A stretch of DNA of 64,000 nucleotides from assembly GCF_009914755.1 (NCBI RefSeq), contig NC_060931.1; one strand, written 5' to 3'. Below are positions 27,268 through 44,713 of the stretch, in pieces. The notes beneath the pieces were generated by a model. It had not been told where the DNA came from and made no database searches. It saw nothing but the letters and a program-made list of their open reading frames with translations. Made by a program: the position numbers and the translations under genes. The DNA is from the human T2T-CHM13v2.0 reference genome, Homo sapiens. Positions within the stretch are counted from its first letter, which is position 1, and every line of letters begins with the position of its first letter.

Positions 27268-28483
27268 TAGAACTGAGATTTTAAAAAGGAAAAATTCTCA
27301 TTTAAGACATCCTATCAGTCATATCTAAATAGGTTGGCTTCTTTACACTGATCTGTAAAAAAATGTTAGATTTCTTGTTTCCAAGTAAAAGTAATTGTTC
27401 TCTTGATCCTGAATACTTAATCTTTTCCATTCATATTTTGCCTTCCCTAGATGAGTCACAATGCAGTGTGTCTAACACAAAGCTAAACCTGAATGTCATA
27501 AAGATCCCAGTGTTTATCTTTAGATATGGAATGTTTATACAGCTTTCCCAAGCTTTGAGCTTCTTCCCATGGTACGAATCTTAGGAATTCTCAAACAGTG
27601 GTTTGGTTGTTAAATATTCAGGCTCTATTTAACTTTCATTTCTAATCCTTTCTAGAAAGTTCGCAGTGAGGTGCTACCTTTAATTGGCTCAATAAACTAA
27701 GATTCAAGAGAAAATTTTGACTTAAATTGGATATTCACTTTAACAGAGGTAGTAATCTGGATTTCTGTTTGGGTTATGACAAATTCCTAGAAATTAGTTG
27801 TATATCATATACAACTAGTGTTTCCAACCAAGTAGTTATTCTAATAGGTTATTTTTTGTTTTCCTATATAATCAAATAAATTGTTTTGAATAAATACATT
27901 TGGTAACATCAAGCTTAACACCTAAAATTTAGCCTACTTTGTTATTTCTATATGTAGTCCTATTTTTAAAAACAGCATGGGAAGTTTTGAAGACTTTTTT
28001 TTTTTTTTTTTTTAACTTAAGACTCTTAAAACAATCCTATTGAATGTGTTTAATAGCTACAACTGTATATTTGCTTAGTTGGCTAATCTCAAGAAACATG
28101 CTAGTCCCCCCAGATTATACAGTTTTGTTCAATAACATTTCAAAGATGAAGTATTTCTATTTGGTTCGCTTTGTCCTTTGTTTTCTTTCAAGCAGAATTA
28201 CTTCCTGTGAAATGTTTCACATGTCTCAAATATTTGACTTACAGCTTAGGTCATTTATGTAAAGAAATCAGTTATTCATTTTAAGAAAATGATTCACTAT
28301 TTGATGGTCCATTTAATACAGCCTAAGACCAGTTAAAAGAGAAGTTGTCTTGGAAGAGGGTGCAACAAACTGAGTATAGTCGCAGGGCACATTTCCCATC
28401 ACACCTGCCTTGCCATTTCTTCCAACTAACAGAGTGGCCCTGGCTAGGTTAGCCTTAGTATTCTTCAGAAAATGAGGGGGTAG

Positions 28484-28827
<344 letters not shown>

Positions 28828-30699
28828 TATTTTGGAATTTCTTAAACCTCTTTCCTGAATGACAGGCAACATCAGTGAGAAAAATCATATGTGAGAGCTG
28901 ATACCTGCATCTAGTGTCTCTAAAAATTAACCTAGCTGTGTTAGTAGTTTTCTGACAGTCATTTTATATCTTTCCTCATCAGAGGTAATATCTTCAGCTA
29001 GTAGATTTTAAGGTTTTTTTCACTATGAATGTTTTATTGACTAAATATTTCAAAGTCTTCACTGTAAGGAAATAACAGTACTAAAGATTAGATTTTAGTT
29101 CTTGGTGCCATGTTGGGATGACTGGAGAGAGCTTTGAAATATAGCACACTTAATCTGTTGCCACCTAGTGAATGTGAGATAAAGTGCAGCCAACCTCCTG
29201 CCTCCTAGTTTTGGTGTTTGCCATCAAAGTGAACTGTGGTTGTGTGTGGAACTATGTCAGATACTGCTATGAATCTTAGACACTTAACTGTTAGTCACAG
29301 AGTTTATGAATATGAAGAAAACACTATCTCTGCTCAAAAACTCTGTACATTCTGATTAAATATGTGTAATACATGTTGTGGCAAGCTTACTTTGTATCAC
29401 TGAAAGCTCGTTCAGCTGGCAGGCTGAATCAGAGGCAGGTTGTTAGGGAGGGGGAAGCCTTCTAGAGTGGCCACTTTTAACATGTAATGAGTAAAGATAA
29501 AGATTATATGTAGGTTCAAGTTCTTCAGAAGAGAAAAGCTAGGTGCTGATGGATGAGCAGGTGTTAAGAGACATCCTACCTAGGCTGTTTCATGTTGCAA
29601 GAAGAAAAAATAAATTGCTTTTTTTCTGGCTCTCTTCCAAGGGGAGAGAAGAAACAGGGTGGAGGGCAGGAAAGGTGAAAGAACAAAACAGGGGACTGTC
29701 TTCTCATAAAATTGGAGTCAATTTATGGAACTAATACTTAAAGTGAATAAGTATTTATTTAGAGTGCTCCACACTGTGCTACATTCTCTAAAGGACTTAA
29801 ACGTGTGCAAATGCATGCTGTGAGTCCTCATAAAACTTGATGTCTGGTTAGAAAAGGCATATCAGCCAAGTGACAATACAGGAACTCCAGAAAAAGGGCT
29901 TTGAGTGAGGCTAGAAAAGGAGCCCTAGGGCTATAGGAAAAGGTTAGGTTTGGGAGAGAGATGACAATTTTAAAGTAGGCAGGACCATAGGAGCAATGGT
30001 TCAGAAGGAGAATGCAGGTGTAACTTACACAGTGTAATAATAGTGAGGTCTTGAAGGATTCCTGTAATATCTCACTCTTCTCAAAGCTCTTTCATTCGAA
30101 TTAGCTCTGTAACCCTAGGAGGGAGACCAGGTATATTTATTAGCATTTTACAGCTAAAGGAAATGAGGACATGAAATTCAGGCAGGCTGTGAATCGCCTA
30201 AGGTCATGCAGGGGACAAACCATGCTCTTCGCATTTATCACCTGATCCTTGGTCCACTGTGCCCATGCAGCAGGGCATAGAGGACAATTTTAGCAGTTTG
30301 GCAAGGAGTTGGGGTACCCGCAAAGAGACTAATGAGGATGCTGGTTCAGCTGCTGTAACAGAGGCCAAAGTCACAGGCACCTAAGGAGATGCGTGCTTTT
30401 CTTTATGTGCAAGTTTAAGCTGGTTGTTAGTCCAAAGGAGTCAGACACACACAGTTTTAATCCACAAGGGCATTGTGCCTCCCCACATCTATTTGCCCCC
30501 TTCTCTGTGCCTGTGGAGGCTGATCTACATGGGAACATCACCCCAGGCCCTTGGTTTAGCCAATGGGAGCCACCAGTAAGAGACTGGACATGGAGGAGCG
30601 TGCCATCAGGGCATCCATGCCCCAATGTCCTCTGCAGGGTTGTCGTGGCTGGTTGTATCCCTTGTCCAAAGATCACAGCTCCTGTTAAGAGGCCCTCCT

Positions 30700-30963
30700 G
30701 GCCAGGCGCGGTGTCTCATGCCTGTAGTCCCAGCACTTTGGGAGGCCGAGGTGGGTGGATCATGAGGTCGGGAGATCAAGACCATCCTGGCTAACAAGGT
30801 GAAACCCTGTCTCTACTAAAAATACAAAAAATTAGCTGGGCATGGTGGCACGTGCCTGTATCCTTGAACCTAAGAGGCGGAGGTTGCAGTGAGCTGAGAT
30901 CGCGCCACTGCACTCCAGCCTGGGCAACAGAGCAAGACTCCGTCTCAAAAACAAAAACAAAAA
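30700..30963 (+). mobile_element. Alu with internal right-arm deletion
   Basis: Alu lacking ~35 nt after GCCTGTA; TSD AAGAGGCCCTCCT. Confidence 0.88.
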
Positions 30964-31304
30964 AGAGGCCCTCCTACACAGTCTGCCTTCAATGTTCAGT
31001 TGTCACCCTCTCGCTTTACCCCTCAAACCAAGGGTGGGGATGTCCCCTGCCTGGTGCTGGCTCTGGGATGCTGTATTATCTTTTATGGCTTTCATCCACC
31101 CTACCCATATCTTTGTAAATAGCTCCCTTATGGAACTGCCCCAGGTGTGTCCCGTGTTTCCTGGTAGGACCCTTACTTGTACAGTCAACCAGGGACCTGT
31201 TTCTTCCACCTTGTTTCACAGTATTATCTTCATGTGCATGGGGATAGCCGGCTCTCCATATTCCCACCCAATTGAAGGTAGGGGGGAAACAAATGGAGGG
31301 TGTT

Positions 31305-31790
31305 TTTGTTTCCTCTTGTTGCTGTAACAAATATCCACACACTTAGTGGCTTTAAATGACATAAATTTATCTCATAGTTCTGTAGGTTAAAAGTCCAATT
31401 CAGGGCTAAAATCAATGTGTTGGCATAGTGGTATTCCTTCCAGGAGGCTCTAAGGAAGCATCTCTTTCCTTGCTTTTTCCAGCTTCTAGGGACAACTTAC
31501 CTTCCTCAGCCATTGGCCCCTTCCTTCATGTTCAAAGCCAGCAACATCAGGTCAATCCTCCCGTGCTGCTGTCCCTCTGACTCTCTCCTGCCTTCTCTTC
31601 CACTTGAGAGAACCCTTGTGATTACACGGGGCCCACCTGGAAAATCCAGCATCCTCTCCCCATCTCAAAGCCAGTTGATGAAGACCTTCATTCTGTCAAC
31701 TTTCCCTTTGCCATGTAACGTAATATATTCACAGGTTCTTGAGATTAGGATGTGGACGTCTTTTGGGGGCCATAATTCTGCCTCTCCCAC
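31305..31790 (-). mobile_element. MaLR LTR (MLT1C/D-like)
   Basis: GCTGTAACAAAT..CCACACACTTAGTGGCTT...ATATTCACAGGTTCTTGAGATTAGGATGTGGAC. Confidence 0.75.
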
Positions 31791-32455
31791 AAACGACAAA
31801 CAACTTCCTTTTAGGGTTGTGCCCTGGAAGTTGCACACAACATTGACACTCATCTGTTGGCCAGAATTTAGTCACATGGTCACATCAAACTGCAAGGGAG
31901 GTTGAAATACAGTCTCTCTCGCTAGGCAGCTGTGTGCCTGGTTAAAATGTGGAGAAGTCCTATTACCAAAAGGAAGAAGGAGTAGAATGGATGTCAGACA
32001 GCAATTTCCAGCCTGAGCCTCATGAGGCTCATGTGTTCTTGCCAGGGTCTGCTTTCAGCTTTCCTTCCCTTCATTGTGCCATGCCAGTGCTTCTGCCTAA
32101 TTGTTTTCACCTGTTGGGTCTCAGCTGTCCTTCATCTGTGATTGGTTTCTAATCTGGGAGAAGATACAGGATAGTCTCCTTTAATGGGCCACACCAGCTA
32201 CCTCATGGCAACTTGCTTTCTGATCTTCATATTGATTTTCTGATGTGGCTAGCTGGGTTCCAAATACTTCTACCTGGCCTCTGGGGTTCAAACGTGGGCT
32301 CTCTGACTCCTCCCCTCACTTATCCCCTACTCTGGGATGTGCAGATTCCATCCCGACTTCTTCACGCTGGTCCCTCACACACCTTATCAGATCTCCTAGT
32401 GTTGGGGAGATGTCATTTTCAGTCAACTCGAATTAAGAAAATGATTAGATTGATG

Positions 32456-32771
<316 letters not shown>

Positions 32772-33669
32772 TTATCAATTGACTACATATAGGTTCTTTA
32801 CATCCTTTAATTCTTTTTATTTATTTATTTTGGCTACTCACATTAAATCCTCTTAGATGGGAGGCAGAGCTGTGCCTTCTACAATGAAAGCTGATGGAAC
32901 CTCCTATAGGCAGAATACATGGATCTGAAACCAAAAGTGGAAATGCATGATACTGATCACAATTATATCCGAATGACTCACAAGCAAAAGGTTCCTTTTT
33001 GTACCTGTGACTTTGGGCCCTAATCTCTAAGGAAGTGTGTTTTTACTCGATAATATAATGGTTGTTCCACTGAATTAGAATATGTACCAATACCCAGCTA
33101 TTTCAAGCTGTAAAGGATAAACAGGCAAAAAAGGGGGGTGTATAATTTTGGCTGGTGTAATTGATCCTGACAAAGATAAATAGAGCTGCTGGTTCACAGT
33201 GGCAACAGATGGATGTGACTAGGACCAGAGGGACCATGGAAGGAGCAGTAGAGAAAGCAGATCTTAAATCCCAGTGAAAGCCTCCTGAGTGGTTACAAAG
33301 ACAAAGTCTACATCCTCAATCTGTGTTTCTCAATATGCTATGTTTTGTGTGTATTTATATTTTTAATTATAAAATATATTTCATTTTTATCTCCCTTTCC
33401 TCCCTCAGTAGTCTATATTTGGTATTTGTTGGTGGTTAACTTTACAATTTTGATTATAAGTTGCAGTATTTCCAGAAGGAATTATTAGCTGAAGTGCGGA
33501 AGAAGTGGACCTCAGCTGGAGGCCAAGGTTTCAGAGCTGGATGCACTTGGTGAGTGATGAGACTGTGGGTTGGTTTCCCTTGAAGACAATGTGGGTGTGC
33601 TTTCATTTGGCTGAGTGCTATATTTTGTTTGGTAGAAGCACTTATTTTTACTTTAGAAGGGAAAATGGG

Positions 33670-33961
<292 letters not shown>

Positions 33962-35046
33962 GGAAAATGGGATGAAGAATGTATTATGATATTTGGAAGT
34001 CAAAGAGGTTAACTTTATTCATATTGATTACATTTAATAGAAATTTATAATTTTTTTGATACCTGGCATCAAAATCCTTCCTATCTTGGAGGATTCCAAA
34101 GATAAGTAGAGGAAAAACTCCCCTTCTACTACCAAAGTCAAAGGGAATAGATATTCTCTCTATTTAGTCAATATGGTACCGAGGGCACATGAAGAGGCCC
34201 GGCCAACTGGATTACTTCTTCCAGGGTTGCTGAGTACTGAGAGAGTGATACAAGACAGAGAGACAGCTGCAAGTCACTGGGATGGTGGTGAGTGTCCAAG
34301 GAGGACAGCATTGGCCTCCTAACCTGAGTGTACTGAGGTGTGGTCTTGGAAATATCGCCTGATGCATAGTTGTCCTTAGTTACATTTTCTCCAGCCATTT
34401 CTTTTTGTATGCTGTCAGATATCCTTTGAATAAATTCCTTTCCTGCTTAATAAGCTACTGCTGGTTTTCAGTGATTGCATCCAAGAACTCAGACTGGTAA
34501 AATCCTAACGTTTAATTGGTTTATTGTTAGTTACTTAGCTTCTTTGAATTTTTAATATAAGATGTGCTTCAATGAATTAGCCACAAAGCTTTTCCCTCCA
34601 TCTTTAAGATTATTTTCTTAACATACAGGTTCCACAGTGGAATTACTGAATTTTATAATAGCTCATGATACACACTGTCAAATTGTTAATACTTTAAAAT
34701 GTAAAGAGACACTGTTTCACTGAATCTTGCATTGGTCACATCTTGAACAACTGATACAGCAAGTAATAGAAGTTAGAATGATTTATCTGGCATTACTGAG
34801 GAATGAGATTTTTTACATATATAGATTTTTTTTTAGATAACTAAAGTCTCAAGGCTGGATATGTGAACCATTGTAATTATATACTTCAAGAGAGCTTTCT
34901 GGGGTGGTCCTTCCTGTAGAAAAGTTTCTTTCTATTCTTCAGGATCTCTAGGGAAATAGATTCTGCAATTTTCTGTAACAGCCTACATTTTAAGAATTTT
35001 CATATTTATGTATAATTCTAAAGCCCTTTTGTTGAATTTTTAAATC

Positions 35047-35356
<310 letters not shown>

Positions 35357-35811
35357 TAAATCTATTTTTTATGAGTCAGTCCTTAATGGAAATGCTCCAG
35401 CAGATCTTCCTTTTTCATTTATCAATGTTGATGTATATTATTTCTTATTCAAAAATGTGAAACCAAACTCACTTAAAATAAACTTTCTGAAGGATCGCTT
35501 TCACAAACAGAAGCAATTTGCTCTATTAGAAATCATACGTGCAAAAATAGTTAGTATGAAATCAGACTCATTTTGAAATGAGACAATCTTATCTTTTATA
35601 CTAAACAATAAGAACATGATTGATAGTCTTTTAAAAATAAGCAACACATTTTAAAGCAAAAATGTCCACTGATAAATGAGGAGAAGTAGTTCAATATTTA
35701 TCTTTTTGAATATTGTTCCAGTTCTACTTGGGGAAAACAGAATTCCCTGGCTGAGAATGACCATGTAGGAACGTAGGTATAAAAGCAAGTTGCATTTTGA
35801 ATTGTATGCAG

Positions 35812-35817
35812 TTTATT
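35812..35817 (-). terminator. LAMB4: LAMB4 poly(A) signal (distal AATAAA)
   Basis: TTTATT on + strand, ~465 nt downstream of the stop codon. Confidence 0.6.
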
Positions 35818-35922
35818 CAGAAAAGAATAATTTTACAAATAAAAGCAAATCCAAATAAACATAAAATATAGGACAATCTAGTACATGCCATACATATGTA
35901 TTCCATCCTAATATTGGAGATA

Positions 35923-35932
35923 TTTATTTAAT
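35923..35932 (-). terminator. LAMB4: LAMB4 candidate proximal poly(A) signal (overlapping ATTAAA/AATAAA)
   Basis: Minus strand reads ATTAAATAAA ~350 nt after the stop. Confidence 0.5.
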
Positions 35933-36280
35933 GTTTAGGTTTATCTGACTGAAATGATTATTAGTTAGTAGAGTACTTACTTAAATTTCTACTTGTTATA
36001 TGGAAACTGTTATTTTTAAGTTAGGAAAGAGAAAGGAAGGTAAGAGGAAAAGTTTCTGAAACCAGAGACAATTTCATTACTTTCCCCTTTCAATTATGAA
36101 GTGGCATTTTCCTGGTGGCATTTCAACCTCCAGCCACACTGAGCAGGTGTCTAATAAGGACAGGGTGTGGGGAAGGAAGGTAGAAGACATTGTCAGTATT
36201 TCACAGGTTCAACAGAGCCCCAGGGGCTTGTACATCAGAAACCAGAAACAAAGGCACAAGCTTTTGCTCTTTAACTCTGC

Positions 36281-36420
36281 CTAGCTATAGCACCTAGCAT
36301 ATTTTTTTTCTTGTTCAACAATTTCATTTTTAATGGCAACAACTTGATCTTCCAATATTCTCAGTTGATCAGCTTTTGCTTGTCTACTTAGATTCAAATC
36401 TTGGATTTTCCTTTCTAAAT
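36281..36420 (-). CDS. LAMB4: Laminin beta-4 final exon (DLERKIQDLNLSRQAKADQLRILEDQVVAIKNEIVEQEKKYARCYS*)
   Basis: Acceptor CTTTCAG| at 36421; coiled-coil heptads with the C-terminal Cys typical of laminin beta chains; TAG at 36283-36281. Confidence 0.95.
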
Positions 36421-36896
36421 CTGAAAGAAGAAAATGAAAGAAATGATATATTTCCATTTAATGGATTCCTGCTGGATACCTACATTATACCAAACACAGG
36501 GATTTATGCGCCTCTCAAAGATATATTTAGTTTTCTGTTTGGATTCAATGGATAAATCATCTATTTTCATCAGGCTTCTCAAGGTTTTCACATAAATTAG
36601 AGCAAACTGACAATTTTGTCTAAAAACTTTTATATCTAAAGGCATTTATCAATGTGAGGCTATAGTTGGTTAGAATTCATTAGAAATGAAAAGACAGATA
36701 ACATCCTTGATGGGATTTGCTGAAGTGCTATATTTCCAAAGGTTTGTTCTTATTATTTTAGCTTCATTTTAAAACATGTTCTTTAGTGTTTTCCAATCTT
36801 TCAGAAAAAAAGACTGACTTTCATGTGTTGATTCCTCCCTGCTGATATTGAAGTCCCTGAACAGTAACAGCTAAGTGATGCCTTGGCTTCACTCCT

Positions 36897-37017
36897 ATCC
36901 ATCCATCAATCCATTGATCCGTCGACCCATCCATTGACCCATCCATCGATCCATTGATCCATCCATCCATCCATCCATCCATCCGTCCGTCCATCCGTCC
37001 ATCCATCCATCTATCTA
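36897..37017. repeat. (CCAT)n-type tetranucleotide repeat
   Basis: Degenerate ATCC/GTCC array. Confidence 0.9.
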
Positions 37018-37134
37018 TACATTCATTTATATAGTCTTCATTCAACAAATATCTGGAAATTCTAGTAAACCTTAACAAGGAGACTATATAAGTGGATACA
37101 AGAGGCATAGAGAGCTACAGTTAATAATGTGAGG

Positions 37135-38046
<912 letters not shown>

Positions 38047-38459
38047 TAATAAAGGCCTCTGTTTGTACCCGGAAAGTTAATATGATTGAGCTGGTTACAC
38101 CAGACCCATTCGCCATCCTCGTCTGTGTTCTGGAAAGCTACCCTTCCTGGATAACAGCACTTGGCTCCCTTGACCTCTGGCTTTCATTCACACATGGCCA
38201 ATGGACAGTGCTGATAAGTGGTCAGAGGATAGGAGGATGAGCAGTCTCCATCTCAGTTCAGCACGGAGGTGTATGCAGTTCTTCCATCCCTCAGGCTCCT
38301 GTGGGGTGGCCTCTTTCCTAACACTCTGGTGTTCACAGGGCTCTGGTAACGTTCCTGCTTCCCTGGCCCCTTCAGGTGTAGAGAGGCTAATGCCTTCTCA
38401 CTGCTGCTAGTCACCAAGTACCTCCACAGCCTCAGTGGGTTCCCTTCATTCTTGTGCAT

Positions 38460-38865
38460 TCTTTGTAGTTCTTCCCATCAAGAAGTAGAATCTACTTACC
38501 CTGTTCCTACCCCCACGCCCCCGAATCTGGACTGGCTTTATAAGTTGTTTTGACTAATAGAAAAGCGGAAGAACTGATGTTGCAAGACCTCAAGAACCTT
38601 TCATCCTCTCTTCTCACTCTTGTGGTGCCCTGAAACAACCAAGCTGTAAAGCAGCCCAGGGTAACAGACCACGTAGAGAGAGTGCCAGCATCTCAGCCAC
38701 ACCTGGCCCCTAACAGGCCATCAGCCTAACGCAGCTGCTTGAGAAACCCAGGTGAGACCTGTCGAAGAACCAGCCAGGCAACCCACAGAAAAGTAAGAAA
38801 TGGTGGTTATTTTAAGCCATTACATTTTGGGGTAATTTATTATGCAGTGAATAAATGACTGAGAC
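38460..38865 (+). mobile_element. Old MaLR LTR (MLT1-like)
   Basis: CCCATCAAGAAGTAGAATCTA...TATTTTAAGCCATTACATTTTGGGGTAATTTATTATGCAG. Confidence 0.6.
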
Positions 38866-40005
38866 AACTCCACTTCTAAATACTTTATCCAAAATTATGC
38901 CCACGCATGCTTTCTGTTTCTTGCTGGGACCCCGACTGACACCAAGTTCTGTGGAAGGACCCTGGCTGAAGACTAGAGTCCATTCCCCACTCTCTCAACA
39001 TTGTTGCTGCCAAGGGCTCCATACTGGGATCCAGGGGCTCCTCTTCCTAACAGAGAGGAACAGGCACAGCCTTGTGGTTCCGCCCCTTCTCAAGTGGCAG
39101 CATGGGGAAGACAGCCAAATCAATGTCTCATTTTTCTATCTTGCTGAGTTCTGAAAACAGCCTCAAAAGGAAAAGAGAAAAGGCAGTAGAATGCCTTATT
39201 TTAGACCTCCCTGAGAAGCCCTCTAACTTCAACTTCTCTTCCAATCTAATTTCAAGAACTATAAAAGCTGTGGTCAATGGGGATCAGTGGAAACAATGTG
39301 TGTATGACATAAACAATATGACATAAAAACAGGACAGAAATATTCTCCCCATGTTTTTACTCCTAGAGTAAGGGCCAAGTTCTAGGATAATAGAAACTGA
39401 CTTTCATGGTATTGTCTGACAAGTGGTCAGAGGATGGGAGGGTGAGCAGTCTCCATCTCAGTTCAGCACGGAGGTGTTGAATGCAAGATTAAAAAAAAAA
39501 TCTGTTTCTCTGAATCTTTCTTAGTATTTCATAGTTAAAATAACATTTTAACGAAAATACTTAAAAATGAAAAAAAATTACCCACAAGCCTGCTGCTTTT
39601 AAAGCAATTATATAAGTGCAAGAAGCAGTGGTTTCTTCTTCACTCCCACTGCCTCCCTAGAGATAACTAATGTTAGCAGTTTGGTATGTATTTTTCCTGA
39701 CTTTGGCCCATACTAATGTTCCATTTTCAGTTTTTTCATGTCATAGTAATGATATAAGTGGTTGTAAGGCCAAAGACTCATTTGATAATAAAAAAGAGGC
39801 ATCTATAAGTGAGGAGTTTTGGTTACTTTAATATTTTGAGAATTACTTACACTCCTAGTTTTAAAGTTTTAGAAGATAATAAATACAACCAAGGGTAAAA
39901 CTATAAAATTACCATCTGATATTTCTTGATGGTTAGAGATAGTTAAGGACATGATTGCCCCCAAAAATCATAAATATCAATTGTGTAAAAAAAGATTCTG
40001 ATTAG

Positions 40006-40374
<369 letters not shown>

Positions 40375-40516
40375 TAGATCAAAATCCTTGTCTAGAATAT
40401 GATTCTTTCTGGGTTGCTATCCAAAGATATATGCTAGATGACCTAGTGCCCTAGATTATATTGATTCTTTTGGAGAGTTATTTTCATGAGAGGAAAAATA
40501 AACAACATAGGTTAGA

Positions 40517-41041
<525 letters not shown>

Positions 41042-41288
41042 TGACCAAAGGAAATCTCAGTTTGTTTTGACTAATGCAAGGCAGATGCTCATTAACCTTT
41101 CTAGGCAAATCCATGCAAGAGGCTTGTTAACTTCACAGTCCCCAAAACACAAGACCAATTTCTACTTCTCTCTCCTCAGTGGACCCAAGTGATAAAACTG
41201 TAAGCTGACATTGGTATAAATTCTACTAGTAAGGTAGAGTACCATGATGTTATTATCAAATTGGCAGGATGGATAAAAGAACAGATAC

Positions 41289-41442
41289 CTGTTATTCTTC
41301 TTATCTTGGCCTCTGTATCTCCAGCCAATTTTTCTGCCGCATCTTTTAGCTGTTTAACTTTTCCTAATGTCTCCTTTGTTAGTCCTGTAGTGCTTGTCTT
41401 ACGTTGGAGAATAGCATATTGTTTTTTCAGCTCAACAAATTC
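41289..41442 (-). CDS. LAMB4: Laminin beta-4 penultimate exon (33) (EFVELKKQYAILQRK...AKIRRIT)
   Basis: ACAG| acceptor, CAG|GTATCT donor; 154 nt, phase 0 to 1, matching the final exon. Confidence 0.95.
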
Positions 41443-42083
41443 CTGTAACAAGCAACACTTGCATCATGAGAAAATATGTATAAAGCATGTACATATATGC
41501 ATGATGATTCTCCTAATTCCATTCATAGAAGGAATACAGAGGAAACCTTAATCCAGTCAATACACTTGAGTTGCTCTGATATTTCCGGCAGAGTTTTATT
41601 TGCATGTTTGTTTTTTCAGATTGAAAAAAATGTCAACTTCTATTAAAAATAAAACTTCTTTGTTCAAAATAGCAATTGTTATTGCATGTTAAGGCAACTA
41701 TGTCTGAGGCACCAATTGGTTGTTCTGCTCTATGTTAAGGTAGGATATGGAAGACAGAAATGACCCAATCCCATCCTTGACAAATCTCTGGTTCAGTTCG
41801 GTCAATCAGTTATATATGTAAAATGAAGGACGGAGTGAGTGATGAAGATTTAGAAACATCAAGGATATGTTATTTGGTTGGCAAAAAGGTGAGAGAGAAA
41901 TGAGGTAGGAAGGGAGGCAGGTGGGGAAGTAGAAGTGTGGTATGGAGATCCCCCTTGAATAGAATGGAAATCTGTGGGTTACCTTGTGTGTTGACAACCT
42001 AGAAGGTTAAGTAGATGAATAAAGGCCAAAGCCAGAAATGAAATATGGAAGTGGGAACGGGGCGAGTAGAAAGTACCTTTCTT

Positions 42084-42379
42084 GGCCAGGCGTGGTGGCT
42101 CACGCCTGTAATCCCAGCACTTTAGGAGGCCGAGGCAGGCGGATCATGAGGTTAGGAGATTGAGACCATCCTGGCTAACATGGTGAAACCCTGTCTCTAC
42201 TAAAAATACAAAAATTAGCTGGGCGTGGTGGCACGTGGCTGTAATCCCAGCTACTCAGGAGGCAAAGGCAGCAGAATTGCTTGAACCAGGGGGTCAGAAG
42301 TTGCAATGAGCTGAGACTGAGCCACTGCATTCCAGTCTGGTGACAGAGAGAGACTCTGTCTCACAAAAAAAAAAAAAAA
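42084..42379 (+). mobile_element. Alu
   Basis: Alu dimer with A tail. Confidence 0.9.
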
Positions 42380-43051
42380 GAACTTTTCTCAATCTCTGTT
42401 CCACAGAAAATGTTCTCAGTTCCTGTCAGTGGAAAATTTACCCAGCACATTAGGAATTAAAAGCAGGAGAATAGACCAAATGTAAATACACTAACATTTT
42501 TCTTTTGTTTAGGCAACTATATTAATGCAACCAACCAAAGGTTTCTTGCTAGGAAAATGAGCTGATAGGTTCTTTCAGCAACCTAAATTAATGGCCCACT
42601 TTCCACAACTGTTTAATTAACTCATTCTGATTTTTGTAACTTGATGTATTTTCTTTGGCAGGTGACTTTCATTTATTGTTTTCTTTATATGTTGTGTGAC
42701 TGAATGAGAATAGAGGGCAAAAACATACAATACAGACAAACAACATAAATTGTGAAAAGTTTGGAAGTTCGGGGCAAATTTGATTTATGGACTGATTGAC
42801 CAGGATACTACTAAGAATAATAGGATAGAGAGATGGGGGAGGAAACACTCCAACATGATTTGGCCAGGGACTTCTGCCTTCTACAGATAGAAAATCCTTT
42901 GTACATCAGGATCCCCTCAAAGATATACCATTGAGTCATGGACCAGCACAAAGGAAATGATGAGAAATGGCACAAAAATCTGGGGTTAAAGAACTATCTT
43001 TCAAAGAAGCCCTGCTTTTCTGCTCTTGGTGGCAGTGGTAGAACTAATGAC

Positions 43052-43225
43052 CTTCTCAAGACTCCCAGCCTGGTGTTGGGCAGATTCAGCCTGAACTTTC
43101 GCATTGACAGCGTGGTCTTGATGCCTTTGCAACTTGGTCTGCAGCAGGGAAAGTCCATCCTCCAGCCCTGATCGCTGCTTTGCTAACTCCAGCTCACTCT
43201 TCATTTCCCTGGTTTGATTTTCAGC
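43052..43225 (-). CDS. LAMB4: Laminin beta-4 exon 32 (AENQTREMKSELEL...QAGSLEK)
   Basis: ACAG| acceptor, AAG|GTCATT donor; 174 nt, phase 0-0; coiled coil. Confidence 0.94.
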
Positions 43226-43421
43226 CTGTTGTTGATTTAAAGACCAAAAAGGGAAAATCTCTTTATGAAACAAACAAGAAGATAAACGATATATTAACCC
43301 CTTGAAAAATATGCTGGGTGTAAAGGAAAAGAAAATAGTGCCTCCACTTTTTCTGTTGCATTTATTTAAAATATTATAATAAAATATTTCAGACATACAA
43401 AAGGGTCTGAAAAATATAACG

Positions 43422-43685
<264 letters not shown>

Positions 43686-44235
43686 TTAAGAATAAAACAT
43701 TAACAATGAGCTAAGGCCCTCAGCGTACCACTCCCCATTATATCTTCTCTCTCTCCCCTCAAAGACAACCACTATCTTGAATCTAACTTCTGTCATTCCA
43801 TGTATCTCTATAGCATTTTTTCTACAACCTATGCAGTATTCCTAACAATATATAGTATTAAAATTTTTTTTCACCTTATACAAATATATTGTATATTTCT
43901 GCAAGTTGATTTTCTAAAATGAAAAGTTATGAAAATTATGCTTATGTAGGTCATTTAAGCTAATTTACATAGCTCTAGTTCATTAATTTTTACCAGTTTA
44001 AAGCATTCCATTGTTTGAACATACAACAATGTATTTTCTATTCTCCGGCTGGTGCAAGTGGCTTCTAATTTTTTCCCCTTACAAACAGTAATAACACTTT
44101 ATGCTTGTTTCTTATTTCAGTGACCATATTGATCATATCTAGAAGTCCTATTTAAATATTTTTCAAATATAGCTGGTTGTTAGACATTGTCTCTTGTTTG
44201 TTGGTCATACTTTCATACATTCTTAGATTTTCTTA

Positions 44236-44713
<478 letters not shown>

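Noticed and set aside
27994-28024. Orphan poly-T with flanking AAGACT (possible tail-only retroinsertion)
   Set aside because: A 6-bp flank match is too short to distinguish from chance or slippage
36821-37108. ORF with WMDG repeats
   Set aside because: Translation of the (GGAT)n microsatellite
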